Assembly (NCBI GenBank): GCA_963836235.1
Contig: CAWIIP010000002.1
Location: 1,792,001 to 1,856,000, forward strand
DNA from: an uncultured Pseudomonadota bacterium
Lineage (GTDB): Bacteria > Oederibacteriota > Muellerivitia > Muellerivitales > Muellerivitaceae
Direction: 5' to 3'
DNA length: 64,000 nt
Positions 32,192 to 41,782 of the stretch are shown piece after piece; position 1 is the stretch's first letter; each line of letters begins with the position of its first letter. Under the pieces are notes generated by a model that was not told the DNA's origin, searched no databases, and was given only the letters and a program-made list of their open reading frames with translations. Position numbers and translations under genes: made by a program.

Positions 32192-32482
32192 ATGATTCGT
32201 TCCATCGCCGATAAATTAACGCGGGATGTTTTCGATGGAATCAACTCCAAGGCGTCCCGTGGCCTCCCCTTGGAACTGCACCCGAAAGCCAGGCGTTTAA
32301 TGGACTTCCTCAACGCCGCTGGAAATATCAATGACCTGCGGGTGCCGCCGGGAAATCATTTGGAAGCGTTAAGGGGTGATTGGCGGAGGTTTTATAGCGT
32401 CCGCATCAACGACCAATGGCGAATTGCCTTTCGTTGGGTTGAAAACGCAGCGGAAGAAGTTCAAATTGTGGATTACCATTGA
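32192..32482 (+). CDS. higB: HigB toxin (RelE superfamily)
   Basis: DLRVPPGNHLEAL.G..YSVRINDQWRI.F.W..VQIVDYH. Confidence 0.93.
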   Translation: MIRSIADKLTRDVFDGINSKASRGLPLELHPKARRLMDFLNAAGNINDLRVPPGNHLEALRGDWRRFYSVRINDQWRIAFRWVENAAEEVQIVDYH

Positions 32483-32509
32483 GGTTCAGTTTTTTAAAAG
32501 GAGAAGGCT

Positions 32510-32803
32510 ATGCTACCGAAGTCCCGTCCTGCGACCCATCCCGGGGAAATTTTAAACGAAGAGTTTTTGAAACCCTTGGGAGTTTCACAAAATTCCTTTG
32601 CCGCGCACTTGGGATGGTCTCACGCCAAAGTAAATGAAATCATCCATGGGCGGAGGGGAATTACCCCCGAGGCGGCATTGTCTTTAGCGGATGTTTTAAG
32701 AACAACTCCTGATTTGTGGCTGAATTTGCAGAGAAATTATGATTTGTCGAAAGCTCAGAAAATCCACCATAAGAAAAAACCGATTTTAGCGAAAGCCGGA
32801 TAA
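32510..32803 (+). CDS. higA: HigA antitoxin
   Basis: THPGEILNEEFLKPLG, RGITPE.AL, WLNLQ..YDL. Confidence 0.93.
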   Translation: MLPKSRPATHPGEILNEEFLKPLGVSQNSFAAHLGWSHAKVNEIIHGRRGITPEAALSLADVLRTTPDLWLNLQRNYDLSKAQKIHHKKKPILAKAG

Positions 32804-32821
32804 AGAAATTAAGCCATCTCC

Positions 32822-33523
32822 ATGATGACCCTACGAAAGTCTAACGAACGCGGCTTGAGCGACCTGGGTTGGCTGAAGTCCCGGCATTCCTTTTCCTTTG
32901 GCGAATACTTTGACGACGCCCAAATGGGGTTCGGCGATCTGCGAGTGATCAATGAGGACCGCATTCAGGGAGGGACCGGCTTTTCGACCCACGGGCACCG
33001 GGATATGGAAATCATCTCCTACGTCCTCAGCGGGGCGCTGGACCATAAGGATTCCATGGGCACGGCGGCGACGATATTGCCGGGAGAAGTTCAACGCATG
33101 AGCGCGGGCACGGGGGTGAGGCATTCGGAGCATAACCACCTGAGGGACCAGGAAACTCATTTCTTCCAAATCTGGATTTTGCCGGAAGAGGACAACCTGA
33201 AACCGGGCTACGCCCAAAAGGATTTCTCGAAGGAACTGGGGCAAGGAAAGCTATTCCTGGCGGCTTCCAAAGACGGCCGGGAAGGGTCCATCACCTTGAA
33301 CCAGGACGCCAACCTCTACCTGGGCCAATTGAAGGCGGGGGAGAAGGTGGAGTTGCCGATGCACTGGGACCGCAAGGGATGGCTGCAATTGGCCACCGGG
33401 GAATTGACGGTGAACGGCCAAAAGCTATCCGAGGGCGACGGACTGGCGATCAGCGAGGAAGGCCATGTCAGTGTCCAGGTACTAAAGGACTCGCACTTTC
33501 TTTACTTCAACCTGCCCGGTTGA
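32822..33523 (+). CDS. Pirin family protein (YhhW-like)
   Basis: HGHRDMEI, MSAGTGVRHSE, FQIWI. Confidence 0.93.
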   Translation: MMTLRKSNERGLSDLGWLKSRHSFSFGEYFDDAQMGFGDLRVINEDRIQGGTGFSTHGHRDMEIISYVLSGALDHKDSMGTAATILPGEVQRMSAGTGVRHSEHNHLRDQETHFFQIWILPEEDNLKPGYAQKDFSKELGQGKLFLAASKDGREGSITLNQDANLYLGQLKAGEKVELPMHWDRKGWLQLATGELTVNGQKLSEGDGLAISEEGHVSVQVLKDSHFLYFNLPG

Positions 33524-33529
33524 AAGACT

Positions 33530-33952
33530 TTATTTCCAAGTCCGTCCCCGGGTTGAACTGTCGACCGACCACTTGCCCCCGCCCTTGGTGGCGATAAAGA
33601 GGAACAAGAAGCAGTAAAGCACCGCCAGCTCGCCGTGGTTGACGATGGGGAAAAAGTTGTTATCGGTCGCGAACTTCCAATGGAATTGGAAATAGGCCAC
33701 CGCCATTTGGCCGCTGGCCAGGAAGGCGGCCAGGTGGGTGAGAAAGCCCGCCAAAATCATCAGCCCGCAAACCAGCTCAATCATGCCGCCGAACCAAAGT
33801 TCGGACCCGACCGGAGGCCTCATGTTGGGGTCGGTCAATAGCCCTAAAATCTTCTGCGCCCCGTGGAACGAGAATAAAAACCCGGCCATGATCCTCAATA
33901 AGCTATAGGCTTCTTCCGAATACTTCGAAAATGAATTTCCGATTTTCATCAT
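33530..33952 (-). CDS. DoxX family membrane protein
   Basis: LLRI..HGAQK, AAFLASGQMAVAYF, NHGELAVLYC. Confidence 0.9.
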   Translation of the reverse strand: MMKIGNSFSKYSEEAYSLLRIMAGFLFSFHGAQKILGLLTDPNMRPPVGSELWFGGMIELVCGLMILAGFLTHLAAFLASGQMAVAYFQFHWKFATDNNFFPIVNHGELAVLYCFLFLFIATKGGGKWSVDSSTRGRTWK

Positions 33953-34016
33953 TTGTCCCGCCTCCTTAAGTTTTGATAAGTGCCTTCATTTTGATTCACG
34001 ATCCGCAGCCCGGGAT

Positions 34017-34256
34017 TTAATACCGGTCGTTCACATGGGCCACCCGGATATTGTTGATGACCTGGTGAACCCCGCCGATGCCCTGAACCAGGGTGGTGAT
34101 CGCCCGCTTGTCCTCGTAATCGTTGTTGGTGCCCGACAGGTGAACCACGCCGTCCTTCACTTGGACGTGCATGTGCTCGCCCATTTGCCGGATTCGGCTG
34201 GTGATCAGGGATTCCAGCTCGACATCGTTTGAGTTCGAATGTGTTTCGTGTGCCAT
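34017..34256 (-). CDS. BON domain protein
   Basis: VQVKDGVVHLSG..GVHQVINNIRV. Confidence 0.85.
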   Translation of the reverse strand: MAHETHSNSNDVELESLITSRIRQMGEHMHVQVKDGVVHLSGTNNDYEDKRAITTLVQGIGGVHQVINNIRVAHVNDRY

Positions 34257-34316
34257 TTTAAACCTTTCAAATCTTATTTGTGCCGCGACTCAAACAACTA
34301 TCCAATCCATCCGGCG

Positions 34317-35015
34317 TCAAAGTGCGAAAAAGCTGATACCCGCCTGCAAAGGGATAAAAACCGAAGGATTCGGCAAGGGAATGCCCAAGCCTTTGGGGGA
34401 CGTGAAATCGATGTCGACCCTCGACTGCAGGAAAACCGCCATGTCGCCGGAAAAGCGGTAAAGAACTCCCGCGCCCGGCGCCAAATAGAAGTCCATTTCG
34501 GCTTCGTCGATCTTAGCCGTGGGGTCTCCGGGGGCGTTGTTCTGGACGTAGGTGTTCAGGGCGACGCCGGCCCCTCCGAAGACATAGGGGCGAAAGAGGC
34601 CGTCGCCGAAGGTCACCCGGAGAATGGCGACCAGGGGAATATAGGCCAAGAGGGCGTTCGTCGCGCCGGAGGAGGGGGCGATGTTGTATTGGTAATAACC
34701 GGTGCCGATGAAGACGCAAAAAGTCCTGTCGAGGCGATAGCCGATGTTGATGTCGCCCCCCAGACCCAGGGCAGGATTCACCATACTGCTGAAGGAAGGA
34801 ATGGAGAAACTGCCGTCGACTTGTTCCACCCATTTTTGGTCCTGAGTCAAGGCGGGTTGATCGGGATTAGGGCTTGAGACGCTTTGGCTTTGAGGGGAGG
34901 ACGGGGCATTTTGATCTTGAATCGAATAGGTCGGCGTTTGAGTGGGGTTGTTCTGGGCTTGAACGGTTGAAGCGGCCAGAACCGATAGGAAAATCATGGA
35001 TGTTAAAAATTTCAT
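34317..35015 (-). CDS. Outer-membrane beta-barrel protein
   Basis: Signal peptide, RPYVFGGAG, terminal GISF. Confidence 0.7.
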   Translation of the reverse strand: MKFLTSMIFLSVLAASTVQAQNNPTQTPTYSIQDQNAPSSPQSQSVSSPNPDQPALTQDQKWVEQVDGSFSIPSFSSMVNPALGLGGDINIGYRLDRTFCVFIGTGYYQYNIAPSSGATNALLAYIPLVAILRVTFGDGLFRPYVFGGAGVALNTYVQNNAPGDPTAKIDEAEMDFYLAPGAGVLYRFSGDMAVFLQSRVDIDFTSPKGLGIPLPNPSVFIPLQAGISFFAL

Positions 35016-35142
35016 TCTTTACTCCTCTGGGTAAAGCCAGGAAATGGAAGACCGCGATGCCGGAAGAAAGGGGCCGGGTGGCGGAAAAGTATTTCGCCCC
35101 ACCCGATTTGGGCCCCTGCCGCTTCGGCCATCTGTATCACCC

Positions 35143-35352
35143 TTAATTATGACCGCCGACACCGATCCTCATGTCCACTCCACTGCGGGGCTGGTCATGA
35201 TGGTCGTAATAATGACGGTGATGATGGTGGTGATGGTAATAATGCCTTTCGGGCACCACGATAACGGCGCCACCACGAACTTCATCGGCCGCGGTGATTC
35301 CGGTGACCGCTAAAAACAGCAGTCCCAGCGAAACCTTCAATAAACTTTTCAT
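35143..35352 (-). CDS. Small secreted His-rich peptide
   Basis: AAGGAG RBS, signal peptide, RHYYHHHHHHRHYYDHHD. Confidence 0.75.
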   Translation of the reverse strand: MKSLLKVSLGLLFLAVTGITAADEVRGGAVIVVPERHYYHHHHHHRHYYDHHDQPRSGVDMRIGVGGHN

Positions 35353-35387
35353 ACATTCTCCTTATTCGTAAGTCTGGTTGAGTTAAG

Positions 35388-35403
35388 AGCAAGAAGCGAG
35401 CCG
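35388..35403 (-). promoter_or_regulatory. Sigma54 promoter upstream of His-rich peptide
   Basis: CGGCTCGCTTCTTGCT on - strand. Confidence 0.7.
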
Positions 35404-35465
35404 CCCCCTTGGGCGGCATTCGACCGCCTTTTGAACCTTCCGGGAACTTGACGCCCCCGAAAGGA

Positions 35466-35498
35466 ATCAAAATGAGGGCTCGGTGCGATCATTTTGAT
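35466..35498. promoter_or_regulatory. Putative enhancer (UAS) copy 4
   Basis: ATCAAAATGAG-N11-ATCATTTTGAT. Confidence 0.8.
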
Positions 35499-35604
35499 CG
35501 GGATCGGCGCGGCCTTTGCTTGGGGAGAAAATTCCTCGACGCCTCCGGCGGGCTTTTCCTTTTATCGAGAGGGGTTTGGGCGATTCCGGGCGCTTGAAAG
35601 GGCG

Positions 35605-35620
35605 GGGCACGTTCCTTGCT
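35605..35620 (+). promoter_or_regulatory. Sigma54 promoter upstream of ice-binding protein
   Basis: GGGCACGTTCCTTGCT, same core as 22275. Confidence 0.8.
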
Positions 35621-35684
35621 CTAACCCCTGTTCTGGATTTCAGGATTGGTTTTGGGATTCAAATAAATATTTCAGGAAGTCAAA

Positions 35685-36446
35685 GTGAAAAAGATTCTAG
35701 TTGGTTTAATTTTGATGGCATCGCTTCCGATCATTTTCATGGCTGGATGCGGCAGTTCAAACCCTTCAGGCCCGACGAGTTCGGCAACCGCGACTCCGGC
35801 GCCCTATACGACGCCCCAAAAGACGCCTATGGCGATGGTCGTCCTTAATTCGGCCGCGAATTACGTGATCTTGTCCGCGACCGGGATCACCAACAGCGGA
35901 CCCAGCACCACTTGCGGCGGTTACGGGGTCTATCCGGATGGACTGACTTCGGTGACCGGGTCACCGGCTATCGTGGAGAGCTGCGGCGGGGATATCGATG
36001 TCGCCGACGGTGCGGCCAATACCGCTGAAGGGGATTTGGGCACCGCCTATACGGACGCCATGGGACGGACCGGTGGGGCCATCCTGCCGCCCGGAGCCGA
36101 TATCGGAGGCCAAACTCTTTATCCCGGACTTTACACTGAAACGGGCAACCTAAATATCGCCTCGGCCGATCTTCACCTGAGCGGCAATGGCGTCTTTATT
36201 TTCAAGGTCAGCGGCAACCTGGTCGTGGGACCGGGCCGACAGGTCATCCTGGCCAATAGCGCGAGCGCCGCCAATGTTTTTTGGGCGGTGGCCGGTTACG
36301 GAGCCTTGAATACCACGGTTGCTTTCAAAGGAAACATCATGGCCCATACAGCCGTGACCCTCAATACGGGGGCCACGCTGACGGGTAGGGCTTTGGCTGA
36401 GACCGCGAATGTGACTTTGCTGACCAATACCATCACCCATCCCTAA
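35685..36446 (+). CDS. Ice-binding-like DUF3494 lipoprotein
   Basis: Lipobox MAGC; AYTDAMGR, GQTLYPGLY, VFIF, AANVFWAV, FKGNIMA, GRALA. Confidence 0.88.
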   Translation: MKKILVGLILMASLPIIFMAGCGSSNPSGPTSSATATPAPYTTPQKTPMAMVVLNSAANYVILSATGITNSGPSTTCGGYGVYPDGLTSVTGSPAIVESCGGDIDVADGAANTAEGDLGTAYTDAMGRTGGAILPPGADIGGQTLYPGLYTETGNLNIASADLHLSGNGVFIFKVSGNLVVGPGRQVILANSASAANVFWAVAGYGALNTTVAFKGNIMAHTAVTLNTGATLTGRALAETANVTLLTNTITHP

Positions 36447-36541
36447 GGGATGGTTTTTAAAGTAAATATTGCCAAGCGGCCTAGCTGGGAGTTCTCCCCG
36501 CCAGGCTGCCTAAATTTGTTGGGATTTGAAAGGAAAAAGAA

Positions 36542-36988
36542 ATGAAAAAGGGCACAAAAGCAGGGGTTTTTTTAAGCTTCGGGGCGTTTTTAACCTTGGG
36601 AATGATGGCCTTCCTATTCTCCGGTTGCGGGGAGAAGAAGGTCGAGAATACCGAGGTGCCGAAGGCGCCGGAAACCAACGAGGCGGCGAAGGTCGAAACG
36701 GCCGCACCGGCTCCGGTGGAGAAGTACGTGGTCAAGGAAGGGGACACCTTGTGGGCGATCTCCAACCAATCGGGAAATTACTCCGATTCTTTCGAGTGGC
36801 CGCTGATCTTCAAGACGAACCGGGATGAAATCGTCGATCCGGATCAGATCACTCCCGGACAGGTTCTCGTCATCCAAAGGGGACAAACGGCGGAGCAAAC
36901 CGAGCATACCCGCCAGCTAGCCAGCGACACGCCGGCTTTCGTGTCCCACGAAGAGCCGAGGACGACCCTTCCGGTTAATTACTTCTAG
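36542..36988 (+). CDS. LysM domain lipoprotein
   Basis: FSGC lipobox; YVVKEGDTLWAIS..WPLIFKTN..DPDQITPGQVL. Confidence 0.9.
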   Translation: MKKGTKAGVFLSFGAFLTLGMMAFLFSGCGEKKVENTEVPKAPETNEAAKVETAAPAPVEKYVVKEGDTLWAISNQSGNYSDSFEWPLIFKTNRDEIVDPDQITPGQVLVIQRGQTAEQTEHTRQLASDTPAFVSHEEPRTTLPVNYF

Positions 36989-37019
36989 AGCTTCACGCCC
37001 ATCAGCGAAAAGCTTCATA

Positions 37020-37053
37020 ACCACGGATGAAACCATCCGTGGTTGATTTTTTT
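37020..37053 (+). terminator. Intrinsic terminator
   Basis: ACCACGGATG-AAAC-CATCCGTGGT followed by T-run. Confidence 0.65.
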
Positions 37054-37073
37054 ACCCCGAATTGAGGAGTCCC

Positions 37074-38300
37074 ATGAACGCATTACCGAAGACCGAATTG
37101 GAAAATACGGAGAAGGACACGAAGCGGGTCATTCGATTTGAACTGGCGCCCTCGACCATGATCACGCTGGTTCTGGTCCTCGCCGGCTTATGGCTGTTGT
37201 TCAAGCTTTTGCCCGTCATTCTCGTGCTGGTCGCGGCTTTTTTTATCGTGGGAACCCTGAACCCGGCCGTTCATTGGCTGGAAAGCAAACGGGTCAGCCG
37301 GATGCTGGCGATCGGGATTGTTTTCGGGTCGCTCCTGGTCGTCACCCTGACGATGGCGATATTGACGGTTCCGGCGCTTTTGGCACAGGCCTCGTCGATC
37401 CTGGAACAGGAACCGGCTTTGCGAGCCCAATTGGCGGACCGGCTTTCCGGCTTTCCCCTCAGCGAGGCCTTGGGGAAATGGCTGCGTAATTTCAAGTATG
37501 GCGGTCCTATCAGCACGGCGGGCGCCACGGCCTTCGCCTATTCCATGGACGCCCTGGCTTTCGTCACTTACAGCCTCAGCGCCATCTTCCTGGCCCTCTA
37601 TATCATGCTCGACCGCGACCGGCTGCGGGGCGGGCTTTTCGCCGCCGTTCCCCGGTCGCACCACATCCGGCTTTCCCGGGTGATGATGAACCTGGAAACC
37701 ATCGTGGGCGCTTATATCCGGGGCCAGCTGATCACGAGCGCGGCTATCGGCGTTTTCATCCTGATCCTCCTGGTGGCCTGCGGGGTCGAGAACGCCGTGG
37801 CGCTGGCGGTCTTCGGTGCCGTCGCCGACATCCTGCCCTATATCGGCATCTTCCTCCCGATCGCCGCGGCGATCCTATCGGCGGTTCCCCGGGGCCCGGT
37901 GGTCACGATCGTCGTCCTCGCCCTCATGTTCATTTACATGGAATTCGAGAGCCGGGTGCTGGTGCCGAAGGTTTACGGCCAGGCCCTGCGCCTGCCCTCC
38001 ACGGTAATCCTTTTTTCGCTTTTGGCCGGGGGGACTTTGGCGGGAATCACGGGCGCCCTGCTGGCGCTTCCTTTCGCGGCGGCCGCCATGATGCTGATTG
38101 AGGAACTGAGGGTGCAATTGCCCGGTGAACAGGCGCAAGTGGCGGATGAGGCGTTGAAAGAGAAGGATGACCGGGGCGAAGAGGAATATGAACGCCGGAC
38201 CGAGGGGGTTTCGGCCGAGAAATCCGCCGCCATCGCGGTGGAGATATCCGGGGACCGGGTGAAGGAAGAAAGTGAGTCTTTGAAAATGGTGGAGCCGTGA
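37074..38300 (+). CDS. AI-2E family transporter
   Basis: GAYIRGQ, LPYIG, LVPKVYG, GALLALP. Confidence 0.9.
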   Translation: MNALPKTELENTEKDTKRVIRFELAPSTMITLVLVLAGLWLLFKLLPVILVLVAAFFIVGTLNPAVHWLESKRVSRMLAIGIVFGSLLVVTLTMAILTVPALLAQASSILEQEPALRAQLADRLSGFPLSEALGKWLRNFKYGGPISTAGATAFAYSMDALAFVTYSLSAIFLALYIMLDRDRLRGGLFAAVPRSHHIRLSRVMMNLETIVGAYIRGQLITSAAIGVFILILLVACGVENAVALAVFGAVADILPYIGIFLPIAAAILSAVPRGPVVTIVVLALMFIYMEFESRVLVPKVYGQALRLPSTVILFSLLAGGTLAGITGALLALPFAAAAMMLIEELRVQLPGEQAQVADEALKEKDDRGEEEYERRTEGVSAEKSAAIAVEISGDRVKEESESLKMVEP

Positions 38301-38355
38301 AGGCGTTGGAATGGCGGCCGGGAATGTTTAAAAAAATCATCGGGAAAGAGGAGAG

Positions 38356-39153
38356 ATGATCATGCTTGAGAAAAAACAACAGAAAGCGCTTCAGGACAAA
38401 CTGGTCAGCATGGCCAAAAAGGTTTATCGTGGCCCTTGGGAATTGGGGAAGTTTTCCAAGAACGAAAGAGCCAACGTCATCATCAATAACATCGAGAAGA
38501 TGCCCCATATTTTCGTCATGGCCTGCCTCTTGGGCCGCCAGTTCCACGATGAGAAGGCCTGGGAAACGATGGCTTACCTGGAAGAAAGGACCGGCACGCT
38601 CGACATCCAGAAATTGAGCCGCCTCACCTTGGGCGACTGGGAAGAGGCTTTCACGAAACCCACCCCCTTACACGGCTTTCCACACGAAATGGCCCGCACG
38701 GTTATGGCGGCCGTCCAACGTATCGTCAAGGAATATGGCGGCAATGCGTCGCGTTTATGGAGTGACAAGCCCTCCAGCGCCACGATGATCAAACGGTTCC
38801 TGGAATTTGAGGGAATCGGCCCCAAGGTTTCGACCATGGCCGCTAATATTCTGGCGCGCTATTTTAAAATCAAGATGAGCGATTATTATTCCATTGAAGT
38901 GACGGTGGATGGGCGCATGAAGCGGGTTCTTTCCCGAATGGGCATCGTCGACTCCAAAAAACCAAGATATATCCAATTGACCGTCCGGGAAATGTATCCG
39001 AAGTACCCGGGGATTTTTGACCCGATTTTTTGGGAAATTGGAAAGTTCCATTGTTTTCAGGTTCATCCGGATTGCGCCGGGTGCCCGGCTAATGGATTGT
39101 GCCAGTACAGCCTGGTTCAGGGAAAAAAGGAACGACCGGTGTTGATCCGTTGA
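38356..39153 (+). CDS. HhH-GPD / endonuclease III-like DNA glycosylase
   Basis: EGIGPKV HhH, VD..KRV, C-x6-C-x2-C-x5-C Fe-S motif. Confidence 0.85.
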   Translation: MIMLEKKQQKALQDKLVSMAKKVYRGPWELGKFSKNERANVIINNIEKMPHIFVMACLLGRQFHDEKAWETMAYLEERTGTLDIQKLSRLTLGDWEEAFTKPTPLHGFPHEMARTVMAAVQRIVKEYGGNASRLWSDKPSSATMIKRFLEFEGIGPKVSTMAANILARYFKIKMSDYYSIEVTVDGRMKRVLSRMGIVDSKKPRYIQLTVREMYPKYPGIFDPIFWEIGKFHCFQVHPDCAGCPANGLCQYSLVQGKKERPVLIR

Positions 39154-40265
39154 AGCGCCGACGGTTTTATTTCACATCGAGTCGAAAGACGAGGGGGGTC
39201 GGCTTTTTCCTGGCCCTTGTCTCACTTTGGGTCGGGGGATGCAGCACCCTTCCCGCTCATTACGTGCCGATCTTGCCGGCCCCGGTGACGAGTTTCCCTC
39301 CGGTCAAACCCGGTCTGGTTCGCTTGCCGGTGGATATCGTCTTTCCCAGCGGCGGCGACTTCCTCCAGCATCTTTCCAACCTTTTCAAGGGCGGGCTCCA
39401 GCAACTGGTGCCGGATATCAGCCGGGCGCCGGGGCTAGACGTGAAATCCCACGTGGCCAGCCTCTGGGCGACCATCGAGGCACCGATCTTTTTGGATAAG
39501 GACCTTTGGCTTGTCATCCACCCCCGGACTTTGGCCATCGGGATGATGAGGACCGACCTGAAGCGGATCGCGACCCTCCATAGCGTTTTGGAAATGACCG
39601 CCAACCCCGAAATTATTTTCGGGCCCAAGCCCCTGGCTGGCCCCACGGCCATGCCCCCACTCGGCCGCTTTCGGCCGGGTCCTGGCACCTTCCGGGCGAT
39701 GAGCAATGTCCGCATCAGTTATAAAGAAGCCAATGACTATTTCCGGGACCCCCGGTTGAAGATTATCGGCATGGTTTTGCCCGGGACGGGGGGCCAGAAG
39801 GTGACGCTCGATGGGATCCGGTTGTACGGATCGGGCGGGAAGGTGATCGTCGAAGTGAAGCTTCATTACAACCCGCTGATCGTCAATTTAGGGACCAAAC
39901 CGGCCAAACTGACGATCTACCTCCGGGGGACTCCCCGATTTCTTCCGCAAAAACGCATGTTCGACATGCCGGACCTTGATTACGACATCAAGTCCAGCGA
40001 CCTGATGGTCCAAGTGGCCGACTGGCTCTTCAAGTCGGATTTCAGAAACCAATTGCGCAAAATTGCCGTGCTTCCCATCGGCCCCAAAGTGGATCTGATC
40101 AAGGCAAAAGTAAACAAGGCCCTCAACCGGCCCCTGGACCGATTCGCCAGCCTCCAGACCCAGGTGAATTATTTAAGGATATTGGACGGGTTCGCGGACA
40201 ATGAGGGAATCGAAGTGCGCGTGGCCATCCGGGGGACGGCCACCCTCGAAGTGACCTGGAATTAA
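39150..40265 (+). CDS. DUF4403-like lipoprotein
   Basis: VGGC lipobox; long beta-rich ORF; TTG start overlapping previous stop (uncertain). Confidence 0.6.
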   Translation: MKRRRFYFTSSRKTRGVGFFLALVSLWVGGCSTLPAHYVPILPAPVTSFPPVKPGLVRLPVDIVFPSGGDFLQHLSNLFKGGLQQLVPDISRAPGLDVKSHVASLWATIEAPIFLDKDLWLVIHPRTLAIGMMRTDLKRIATLHSVLEMTANPEIIFGPKPLAGPTAMPPLGRFRPGPGTFRAMSNVRISYKEANDYFRDPRLKIIGMVLPGTGGQKVTLDGIRLYGSGGKVIVEVKLHYNPLIVNLGTKPAKLTIYLRGTPRFLPQKRMFDMPDLDYDIKSSDLMVQVADWLFKSDFRNQLRKIAVLPIGPKVDLIKAKVNKALNRPLDRFASLQTQVNYLRILDGFADNEGIEVRVAIRGTATLEVTWN

Positions 40266-40316
40266 GAAGGTCCGTTGGGTTCGGGACTTCTCCGGGGAAA
40301 CTTCAGCGCCCAAGCC

Positions 40317-40649
40317 TCAGGGTTTAATGGAAAGAGAACGGGTTCTTTTCTTAAGGACCGGCTTTTTGCCTCTCAGAGAGGACCAAAGGCTTCCCGCGAG
40401 GATTCCGCCGACGGCGGCCCAGGCGACAGATTTTTTCGGGTTTTCCTCGATGAACTGTTCGGCCTTTTTTTTCTGTTTTTTCAAGTTTCCCAACATATCC
40501 CGCATCGTGATTTTTGACAGGCCCAACTCGGCCAGAAACCCCTTGAAATTTTTACCCACGGCTTTTTTTTGCTTCAACGATAAAATTTTATTTTTGCCTT
40601 CGTTTAAATAATCGAAGAGTTTCTTTTTGACCGGTTCACGCGTGGACAT
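40317..40649 (-). CDS. ElaB/YqjD (DUF883)-like tail-anchored protein
   Basis: FIEENPKKSVAWAAVGGILAG C-terminal motif. Confidence 0.65.
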   Translation of the reverse strand: MSTREPVKKKLFDYLNEGKNKILSLKQKKAVGKNFKGFLAELGLSKITMRDMLGNLKKQKKKAEQFIEENPKKSVAWAAVGGILAGSLWSSLRGKKPVLKKRTRSLSIKP

Positions 40650-40666
40650 CTTTTGTTCCCCTATCT

Positions 40667-40981
40667 TTATTTTGTGGATGGAATCAACAACCTCAAAACC
40701 AACAATCCCAGAAGACCGCCGCCGATAAAAACGACCCCGCGCGGGATGCCGCAATCATCCATCGCTACGAAAAATAAGCCGAGCGTGACGCAGGTCAGGC
40801 TCATGGAAATCGAAAAGACCACGACGGCCAGCTTCACCACCCACCTTTGAAATTCCCCTTTGTGTTTTTCCAAGGACCTTTCGGCTCGATCCTCGATGGA
40901 ACCGATGTTTTTTAAGGCTAAAAAGGCCATTTCCCGGAGGCGGCTGAAAAGTGGAATGACCGCCGTTGTTTTTCGTGACAT
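40667..40981 (-). CDS. Small two-TM protein (YqjE/holin-like)
   Basis: Two hydrophobic segments, next to ElaB-like gene. Confidence 0.55.
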   Translation of the reverse strand: MSRKTTAVIPLFSRLREMAFLALKNIGSIEDRAERSLEKHKGEFQRWVVKLAVVVFSISMSLTCVTLGLFFVAMDDCGIPRGVVFIGGGLLGLLVLRLLIPSTK

Positions 40982-41043
40982 TTTTGCTTTCTGACGGGCT
41001 CGTCCCCATCTTCAAGGGTCCGACCGATGACGACTTCTAACAA

Positions 41044-41059
41044 AGCAAGAAGCAGGCCG
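41044..41059 (-). promoter_or_regulatory. Sigma54 promoter
   Basis: CGGCCTGCTTCTTGCT on - strand. Confidence 0.7.
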
Positions 41060-41121
41060 CGCGTTGAACCGCTCTTAACGGCCTTCTTTGGAACCCTTCG
41101 CGGTTCATCATTCGGAAAGGA

Positions 41122-41154
41122 ATCAAAATGAGAGTCCGGAATAATCATTTTGAT
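41122..41154. promoter_or_regulatory. Putative enhancer (UAS) copy 5
   Basis: ATCAAAATGAG-N11-ATCATTTTGAT. Confidence 0.8.
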
Positions 41155-41258
41155 CGGCTATCGGTGATAGGGCCGCTGAAAATATTTTTCCACGGCAAAG
41201 AATAGTCTTTTTTCGAGGCAGTCATGGGATTTACGGCTGCCTTCGACCCATCGCCACA

Positions 41259-41274
41259 CGGCATTGAACTTGCT
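41259..41274 (+). promoter_or_regulatory. Sigma54 promoter
   Basis: CGGCATTGAACTTGCT. Confidence 0.75.
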
Positions 41275-41308
41275 CTATTCATGTTAGGAAAATTCAAGGA
41301 GGAAGCTC

Positions 41309-41719
41309 ATGAACGGTTCAACTTATTTAGCCCTGTCCATTTTGCTGATGGGGTCCGCCGGTCTGGCTTCGGCCCAAATCATGGTCGCGACGCCATCGGC
41401 GCCGGCATCAATGACAACATCGGCGATACCGATTACGGGAGCCGCCGCCGATGGACCCGCCTCAAAGACCGAAATAAACGCGCGGATCACGGACCAAGAA
41501 ACCCGGATTGACGCGGATTCGAAAGTGGGCAAGCTGACCCTGGAGCAGGCGAAGCCCCTCAAGTGCTCCTTGAAAAAGATCAAGAAGCAGAAGAAGGCCG
41601 ATTACGCTGAAAATGGTAAAAATGAATTGGGCGGCGACCAAAAAACCGATTTAAACAACCAGTTGGACGCGAACGAGAAAAACCTCACCACCACCAATGG
41701 AGTTAAAAATACGAATTGA
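41309..41719 (+). CDS. Secreted helical hypothetical protein
   Basis: AGGAGG RBS, signal peptide, QETRI..GKLT..A. Confidence 0.75.
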   Translation: MNGSTYLALSILLMGSAGLASAQIMVATPSAPASMTTSAIPITGAAADGPASKTEINARITDQETRIDADSKVGKLTLEQAKPLKCSLKKIKKQKKADYAENGKNELGGDQKTDLNNQLDANEKNLTTTNGVKNTN

Positions 41720-41782
41720 CCCGGCTGGAATGTCCGGTCCTCACTTGAGGGAATAGGGGTGATGTTTTCGCGGATTGGCGGA

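Noticed and set aside
40667-40981. Holin-like gene as evidence of a prophage
   Set aside because: No phage structural, integrase or lysin genes; the ElaB-like neighbour fits a stress operon.
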